Origin: a virus
Lineage: Duplodnaviria; Heunggongvirae; Uroviricota; Caudoviricetes
DNA length: 63,010 nt
Virus record (IMG/VR): IMGVR_UViG_3300028887_000002
Coordinates: 276,278-339,287 of that record
Direction: 5' to 3' (one strand)
Part shown: in pieces, positions 57,138-63,010 of the stretch
Numbering within the stretch: the first letter of the stretch is position 1
Layout: each line of letters opens with the position of its first letter
The notes under the pieces: model-generated
Database searches by the model: none
Seen by the model: the letters and a program-made list of their open reading frames with translations, nothing else
Told to the model about the DNA's origin: nothing
Position numbers and translations under genes: made by a program

Positions 57138-58832
57138 TTACATATTCTTAATTAGTTGTTTCTTTTTTGCATCCCATGTATAACCTGCTTCTTCCATTTT
57201 TTGAAACAAAAAGTCACGTTGTTCTTTGGTGGCGGGCTTCAAAGTTATTGTCCATGTTTTTGAATAATATGGTACCTCTTCTTGTAATACCAATTTTCCA
57301 TTCTTGAATGTATTACCATATCCCTCAATACCGTCTTTATTTAAGCCTTTGAAAATTACAATTTTTTGCCAATGAGATGCACCATTATCTTGTGTCCAGT
57401 CAAAAGCAAGCACATCACCATCCTTTGCATCTTGGATTGTCCATAAATGATAGTCGTTTTCTAAGTCATCGAAATAAAAAGCGTTAAAACTTTTACCATC
57501 AAGAATATAACTCTTGTTTGTCATTTCAACAATTTGTCTTATAACTTTTCTGCCATCTGACATATCATGTACAATCAAATCACCAACCTTGAACTTCGGT
57601 TCTGCTTTTGGTGCAAAGTCTTTCTGCTGGATATTAGCATTCTCATAATCAAAAGGCTTCTGTTCAATTTTCTTCAACTCTTTCTTTTCTGCATCCCATG
57701 TATAACCTGCTTCTTGCATTTTCTTGAATAACAAGTCACGCTGTTCTTTGGCTGCTGGAGTAAATCCTTCTACTTCCCATCTATCAGGTTTACTTGGACC
57801 AATCCCATAGAATTTATTAGAATCTGCAAAATACCAACTATAAATTATCGGTCTATTTTCAAAAGTTCCTAAATGGTCAACAATCAAAACTATCGTATCA
57901 TTTAAAACTATCGTTTCATTTGCAACCACATCACCTTCTTTGACATCATTTATAGTCCAAAGATGATAATATCTATCTACGAACTCACAGTTGGGTGCTG
58001 TGTATGAAATTGATGGTTTTATTATTTTGAATGTATAATAACCATTGGTTGAAACACCTTCAATTTGAGCAACAACAGAAGAATCATCGTTAGCAACATA
58101 GTCGCCTACTTTAAACTTTGGTTGGCACATATTAATAACTTCTTTATTGTCAAGACAACTATCAATAGCCTTATGATATTTTTCACATTCTTCAGTTGTT
58201 GATATGTTGAGACTTTCACCAATAGTTTTTTGGTTTTCAACCACATGGTATTTTTCGGAATATTGTTCTCCATTTTGAACTAAAGCATCCAATACCCTAA
58301 ACAAAGGAACTGTTGCTACTGGGTGGTTCCATTCATCCTTTCTTAAATCCCAATTAGCATAATCTATTATAAATTCTGCGATTGGTTTTAAGTTTTCATC
58401 AATATATTTCATTCTTGATGTAACCGCTTCCGAATCTTTAATTGGAGTTTCTGGAACAACATATTCTATTGGTTTCCGTTCATTTTGTTTTTCAAGTCCA
58501 TACTTTTGTGGATTTTCAAGTACGTCGTCTACACCATCTTGATATATCTCTTCTTTTTCCTTAATGTAAACATCTTCATATATCCACTTTTTGCCGTCAT
58601 GATTTTGTTTTTCGAGCCAAGAAACCCATTCCAAATACTGATATGAGTCAACTGGAGTTTTTTCTCTGTCAAGTTGTTTTAATGCCTCAATCAGTTCTTT
58701 CCTTATCCTTTCATCTTCACTTTCCACAAGTTCGGGGAAGATTGATTCCAAGATTAAACAATCAGGACTTTTTGTTTCATAAAAAGCCCTTGCCTTTTCA
58801 AGTGCATCTTTGTATTTTTCTTCGTAGTTCAT
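57138..58832 (-). CDS. Modular protein with duplicated KFKVGD...YHLWTI...KEQRD.LF.KM.EAGYTWDA unit
   Basis: 564 aa; DNA-level repeat ~57165-57230 vs ~57685-57750. Confidence 0.8.
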   Translation of the reverse strand: MNYEEKYKDALEKARAFYETKSPDCLILESIFPELVESEDERIRKELIEALKQLDREKTPVDSYQYLEWVSWLEKQNHDGKKWIYEDVYIKEKEEIYQDGVDDVLENPQKYGLEKQNERKPIEYVVPETPIKDSEAVTSRMKYIDENLKPIAEFIIDYANWDLRKDEWNHPVATVPLFRVLDALVQNGEQYSEKYHVVENQKTIGESLNISTTEECEKYHKAIDSCLDNKEVINMCQPKFKVGDYVANDDSSVVAQIEGVSTNGYYTFKIIKPSISYTAPNCEFVDRYYHLWTINDVKEGDVVANETIVLNDTIVLIVDHLGTFENRPIIYSWYFADSNKFYGIGPSKPDRWEVEGFTPAAKEQRDLLFKKMQEAGYTWDAEKKELKKIEQKPFDYENANIQQKDFAPKAEPKFKVGDLIVHDMSDGRKVIRQIVEMTNKSYILDGKSFNAFYFDDLENDYHLWTIQDAKDGDVLAFDWTQDNGASHWQKIVIFKGLNKDGIEGYGNTFKNGKLVLQEEVPYYSKTWTITLKPATKEQRDFLFQKMEEAGYTWDAKKKQLIKNM

Positions 58833-58835
58833 GGT

Positions 58836-59219
58836 TTATTCTCCTTTTATTCTGTCTTTGAGGGATTTGAGCCAATCAATCTCATTTTCATAAGCTAAAT
58901 GAGTTCCGCCATGTATTACATTAACAATAGTACTCAGATTCTTTTCATCTATCTCATTCCAAGATGGTTTCTGTTCACCTTGTTTCTCAAGCCAAGAAAT
59001 CATTTGCTCCCTACTAATACCAAGAAAATAATTCCAAGAATCAATTCCTTTGATAAGGTCAATTAATGATTTCCTTATTTTCTCATCTTCAGATTCTTTG
59101 AGTTCTGGAAATATAAATTCTGCTGCTTTTTTTGCTTCGCTAAAACATTCTGGGTGTTCACCTCTTGCCCATGATTTCATTCTTTCAAGAGCTTCTTTGT
59201 ATGCTTTTTCGTAATTCAT
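58836..59219 (-). CDS. Protein sharing the N-terminal module of 57138 (MNYE..YK.ALE...IFPEL.ESEDE.IRK.LI...WLEKQ)
   Basis: 127-aa ORF. Confidence 0.8.
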   Translation of the reverse strand: MNYEKAYKEALERMKSWARGEHPECFSEAKKAAEFIFPELKESEDEKIRKSLIDLIKGIDSWNYFLGISREQMISWLEKQGEQKPSWNEIDEKNLSTIVNVIHGGTHLAYENEIDWLKSLKDRIKGE

Positions 59220-59264
59220 AGTTTATTCCTCCTTCATTGCATCAATAAAAAATCCTAAATTTAC

Positions 59265-59500
59265 AAAAATAACCTGTGAAAGATGCCATCCCTTTAGGGT
59301 GGCATATGAAACAGGTGTAATATTTCTTCCTTTTATTAAATTCATCGGTGCAAAGATATAATGTTTGGTTGGAATCACCAAACATTTTTTTATTTTTTTT
59401 TTCATCCTTGTTTCTCGATGTAGTCCTTCAGTTTCTCCTCGCTTATGACGCCGACAGTCCCGCAGAAGTACCCGCGCGTCCACAGGTGGGGGTAGTTCAT
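59265..59500 (+). mobile_element. 236-bp internally deleted IS200/IS605 element
   Basis: After TTAC: left-end hairpin ACCTGT-GAAAG-ATGCCA..TGGCAT-ATGAA-ACAGGT; tnpA 3' remnant on - (VGVISEEKLKDYIEKQG*, ~59400-59456); right end ...CAGGTGGGGGTAGTTCAT. Confidence 0.7.
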
Positions 59501-59503
59501 TTT

Positions 59504-59794
59504 TTAGTTTTCTTCTTCACACCAGAACCAAGGACAATGATATGGTCTCAATGCTTGTTTGTACATTTCAAATGCTTCTGGCAAATTTTCTAGTTCATTA
59601 CCAAATGTCTTGTGCATTACCTTGACAAATTCCTGTTCAGAGGATTTTTCTGTCAAGTACCATATGTCAATGGTGACATTTGTTTCAAAACCATTATCAC
59701 AAGTAATATGAAAATGGTCGGCTTCCGAATAGCCAGTTCCACAACTCATGTTTGGAACGTCTCTCTTGATGTAATCAAAACTCTTAATTTTCAT
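59504..59794 (-). CDS. Hypothetical protein
   Basis: Start MKIKSF; the track's longer start overlaps the upstream gene. Confidence 0.7.
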   Translation of the reverse strand: MKIKSFDYIKRDVPNMSCGTGYSEADHFHITCDNGFETNVTIDIWYLTEKSSEQEFVKVMHKTFGNELENLPEAFEMYKQALRPYHCPWFWCEEEN

Positions 59795-59811
59795 AGTCGT
59801 AAGTTTTTCAA

Positions 59812-60393
59812 TTAGTTTGCTTCCAATATTTCTTCCAAAGTTCTCGGAGTATAGTCCATATAGGGTAACATGCAACCCACGTTGAAAGCGTTGAACACAT
59901 CTTCGGCAAGGATACCGTCCTTCTTTGCATATAATTCCTTTGTTCTACGCTTATGTGCTTCATACTCCCAGTAGTCTATGTTCATATGGACATGCCCGTA
60001 GAGATGAATCCATCCTCTAAATAAATTTCTATATGAAAAAATCGGAAAGTGGCTGAGAACGATTGACATATCCTTTCCTAAACTTAACTCCTTGTAGTCT
60101 GCTATTTCCACGAAGCACTTGCGGAACTCCAGGCTCTTGAGGAACTTGTGGTCGTGGTTGCCAACGATGAAGTGCTTGTGTCCGTTAAGCATCTCAAGTA
60201 TGTTGATTGTGGCGGTTGTATTTTTCCACGATATGTCACCGAGGATATATACGTCATCGTCAATGTTCACTGCCTCGTTCCAACGCCTTATGAGTTCGGT
60301 GTCGTGTTTGTCAATGTCAGTAAACGGCCTGTTGTCGAATAACAGGCAATTCTCGTGCCCAAAATGTAAATCCGATATAAAATAGTTTGCCAT
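59812..60393 (-). CDS. Calcineurin-like metallophosphoesterase
   Basis: SDLHFGH, LGD, GNHD, SHFP, HLYGHVH. Confidence 0.9.
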   Translation of the reverse strand: MANYFISDLHFGHENCLLFDNRPFTDIDKHDTELIRRWNEAVNIDDDVYILGDISWKNTTATINILEMLNGHKHFIVGNHDHKFLKSLEFRKCFVEIADYKELSLGKDMSIVLSHFPIFSYRNLFRGWIHLYGHVHMNIDYWEYEAHKRRTKELYAKKDGILAEDVFNAFNVGCMLPYMDYTPRTLEEILEAN

Positions 60394-60421
60394 ATTTAAT
60401 TTTTTATTTGTTTAACATAAT

Positions 60422-60930
60422 AAAAAAGGATGTGTGAATCCTTATAACCACTCTATGTTGCCATAGTCAAACAATGAGTGATGCTGAGACATATTTAATA
60501 CTGAATTATTTCATCAGGCACCATTTTTTAACGTCCCTATATTCTATTGTCTGTTGTGGTCTGTACTGTCTCATTACCATATTGAAATTCTTCGAAGTAA
60601 GTGCTGGCTACGTGTCATCTTTGGATTTGATATTTCCTCACCAGTGAGTCCACCATACACCAATTCCAACTTAGGTATCTCCCGTTCAGTCTCTACACGA
60701 TTATGAGACCCTCGGTGGTGCTCCACCGATATTCTTTCACGGCCTTAAGATGTCCTTAGTATCTCCAGACATCGTCTCATTTTCGCTCGGTATAGTCCTG
60801 GACATTATTGTTTAGTCCATAGCTTTACGTCCTATTACACTAAGGATTTCCACCGAATTTAGGAGATTCTACTATGGGATTTCTCGCCATAGCACACACA
60901 ATATTTTCAAAGAACGTTATGTCTTATTTG
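60422..60930 (-). ncRNA. Stand-alone group-I-intron-like structured RNA, copy 2
   Basis: -7 box 60937-60944; P3 ATCTCCT/GGGAGAT; P4 TCGGTG/TACCGA; P6a GAGAC/GTCTC; R-like GTAGAGACTGAACG; S-like ATGAGACAGTAC; GGAT/ATCC-T6 terminator. Confidence 0.7.
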
Positions 60931-60989
60931 ACGATGCAAAGATAAAAACTATTTTTGAAACTGCCAAATATTTTTTTTTATTTTTTTTT

Positions 60990-61685
60990 CTATATTCTAT
61001 AAAGAAAAGGTTTCTCCCTGTCAATAGTTCCGTCTTCCGACCTTATATACATTGACATATAACTGTCGGTGGCTGGTGTCCATTCCCCAACATCCTTGCT
61101 TCCGAGAATACCGTTGGCTCCAATTGTAAACTCATCAACTTCAAGGCCATGTTCATTGCAGAAGGCAATAACCTGGTTCACAAGTTTGTCGTGCAGTTCA
61201 GCGAACGCATTGTGCAAGTCCTTGTCGCGGTTGGTCTCAGTTTCAAATATGTTTTCCCAGTATTTGTCGGAACCGACATAGGTGTTTGTAATAGCATCCT
61301 CCGCAGAATATTCAAAGTTATATACACATTCACCTTGTCCGTACATATAGTCCATTCGCCAGTGGTTGTACTGGTATATCGGTTCACCATACTTTGTCTC
61401 TCCGACAACCTTTCCGTATCTTCCCATAAACTCAGCAATATAGTAATAAAGTGTCTGTGGCGGTATGATACCTTGTTTGTACCAATGGTTTTGATATTGT
61501 TTGGAATCATATTTGGTTATGATGGTGTTCATCCATTTATCTTGTTCATCAGGAGTCATATTTTTTATTCGCTCGAAGAACTTTTCCTTCACCTTGTTCT
61601 CGCGGTCTAACTTTTCAAAAAACTCTTTAGCCCTCTGCTGTCCTTCGGGACTGTTTATCAATTGTGTGAGTTTATCGTAATCCAT
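60990..61685 (-). CDS. Hypothetical protein
   Basis: Start MDYDKL at 61685, directly abutting the IS left end. Confidence 0.8.
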   Translation of the reverse strand: MDYDKLTQLINSPEGQQRAKEFFEKLDRENKVKEKFFERIKNMTPDEQDKWMNTIITKYDSKQYQNHWYKQGIIPPQTLYYYIAEFMGRYGKVVGETKYGEPIYQYNHWRMDYMYGQGECVYNFEYSAEDAITNTYVGSDKYWENIFETETNRDKDLHNAFAELHDKLVNQVIAFCNEHGLEVDEFTIGANGILGSKDVGEWTPATDSYMSMYIRSEDGTIDREKPFLYRI

Positions 61686-61920
61686 AAAAATACTGACGCG
61701 GAAACCCACGTGTTTCAACCGTGGGAGGAAGCGTCTCTCCATTTGTTAGGTTAATAATATTGTTAATTCTCTCTGTCATTGACGTCAGTCTTGTTTGACC
61801 TCGCAAAGATACAACGTCTTTTTGAATTGACAAAATATTTTTCAAAAAAAAAATAAAAAAAGTTGTAATTTTTGAAAATTACATTATATTTATAATTAGA
61901 AACTTTTAAAACGGACTAAT

Positions 61921-62325
61921 ATGAAGACGGTTGACAGATGGAGACGAAGCAGGACTGCGGTACATAAGATAGCGTACCATATCATATGGTGCCCGAAGTA
62001 CAGACGCAGTGTTCTCACGGACGGCATTGACACGAGGCTGAAGGAACTCCTGTCGGAAAAGTCGGCATCCCTCGGATGCGAGATTGTGACGATGGAGGTT
62101 ATGCCAGACCATGTGCATCTTTTCGTGAACGTGCCACCCACGATTGCGCCACAGTTTCTAATACAGCAACTGAAGGGGCATTCAGCACATATCCTGCGTT
62201 CGGAATTCCCACACCTCAAGACCAGGCTCCCCAATTTATGGACACGTTCGTATTTCATCGAGAGCGTTGGGGTTCTGTCCGAGGAATCCGTCAGAAGATA
62301 TATCGAAAACCAAAAGAACGTATGA
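61921..62325 (+). CDS. tnpA: IS200-type Y1 (HUH) transposase
   Basis: YHIIWCPKYRR, MPDHVHLF (HUH), LWTRSYF, YIENQ catalytic Tyr. Confidence 0.95.
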   Translation: MKTVDRWRRSRTAVHKIAYHIIWCPKYRRSVLTDGIDTRLKELLSEKSASLGCEIVTMEVMPDHVHLFVNVPPTIAPQFLIQQLKGHSAHILRSEFPHLKTRLPNLWTRSYFIESVGVLSEESVRRYIENQKNV

Positions 62326-63010
62326 TACGCAACTACACATATCGACTCTACTCCTCGAAGCACCACAAGGCCTTGTCGACTCTCATCACGACGGCAAACC
62401 ACACGTGGAACCATATCGTCGCCCTGTGTCACAGGTACTACCACCGATACGGAAAGTCCGTCTCGGAGGGACAACTGAAGCATCATATGGCAAAGATGGC
62501 AAAGAGGGACAGGTATATGTCGAAGTTGCACTCCCAGTCGCTCCAGGCAATATGCGAACGATACGAGGACGCCCTGAAACAAGCATTCAGGATAAAGGGA
62601 CGCGGCTTGCCCCACGACAGAAGGATGTTCGGCAAAGGCTCCGTCCTGTTCAAGGGCAATGGAGGGTATGTCCTTGAGGCCATCGGCAACAAGGGCGTAC
62701 TGCGCATAAACAAACTGGGGAAGAACTGGAAGTTCCGCTTCAAACTCACACGTCAGTGGGGTGAAGTAAGGAACGTCACGGTCAAGAGGGATGATGACGG
62801 CTATTACTACCTGACAGTATGTTGCAACGTCCCCGATGAACGTCTCGAAAGGGAAGGCTACGCCTCCATCGGGATGGACTTCGGGATGAAGACGTTCCTC
62901 ACGCTGTCGGACGGCACTGCCGTGCAGATTCCCGACTACCACAGGAAGGCGCTTGCCGAACTGAAGGCTGCCGACAGGTCGCTGTCGCACAAGCGCAACG
63001 CAAAGGTCTA
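62322..63010 (+). CDS. tnpB: TnpB, 3'-truncated (absent from ORF track)
   Basis: MIRNYTYRLY...WN...SQSLQ...IGMDFGMKTFLTLSDG (RuvC-I). Confidence 0.88.
   Translation, partial: MIRNYTYRLYSSKHHKALSTLITTANHTWNHIVALCHRYYHRYGKSVSEGQLKHHMAKMAKRDRYMSKLHSQSLQAICERYEDALKQAFRIKGRGLPHDRRMFGKGSVLFKGNGGYVLEAIGNKGVLRINKLGKNWKFRFKLTRQWGEVRNVTVKRDDDGYYYLTVCCNVPDERLEREGYASIGMDFGMKTFLTLSDGTAVQIPDYHRKALAELKAADRSLSHKRNAKV

Larger units (their letters stand above)
61686..63010 (+). mobile_element. IS200/IS605-family element (tnpA+tnpB), truncated by window end
   Basis: Left end near-identical to 16678-16838; co-oriented tnpA and tnpB with ATGA overlap. Confidence 0.92.

Noticed and set aside
61896-62990. 364-aa minus-strand ORF
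   Set aside because: Antisense shadow of tnpA/tnpB, which have clear catalytic motifs on +
1-63010. Stop-codon recoding (code 15) as in Lak phages
   Set aside because: Long genes are intact under code 11 and TAG ends several genes at sensible positions
1-63010. tRNA/rRNA genes
   Set aside because: No cloverleaf with TTCGA T-loop and acceptor stem, and no rRNA-like sequence recognised

Overview
AT-rich window from a large, temperate-gene-free Bacteroidota (Prevotella/Bacteroides-type) jumbo/megaphage, read with genetic code 11. The host is inferred from many TAnnTTTG -7 promoter boxes and from Bacteroides-phage protein families. It opens with the last 32 codons of a probable Cas-lambda (Cas12L-like) nuclease and a 9-repeat/8-spacer CRISPR array. 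Most of the rest is small hypothetical phage genes, many in paralogous families. Recognisable products are a ParB/DGQHR protein, a large TnpB, an ART-like protein, AAA+ and ABC ATPases, DUF262, an aberrant ThyX, DUF932, LPD28 and a metallophosphoesterase. There are several IS200/IS605 elements: a tnpB-only copy, a tnpA+tnpB copy, a 236-bp deletion derivative and three 45-46-bp single-hairpin relics. The most unusual signals are non-coding. (1) Two paralogous stand-alone 390-510-nt RNAs, each with its own promoter and terminator, fold like a group I intron core but have a broken P7 guanosine-binding site and no exons. (2) A 13-kb array of 18 one- or two-gene units, each headed by the same promoter/stem-loop cassette (20 copies in the window). 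(3) Nine identical, co-oriented 18-bp palindromes, TGTACTCAAACGAGTACA, interspersed in and just left of that array; the whole region is bracketed by G-quadruplex-like tracts on opposite strands. All structures were folded by eye and all family assignments are from remembered motifs, not from database searches.
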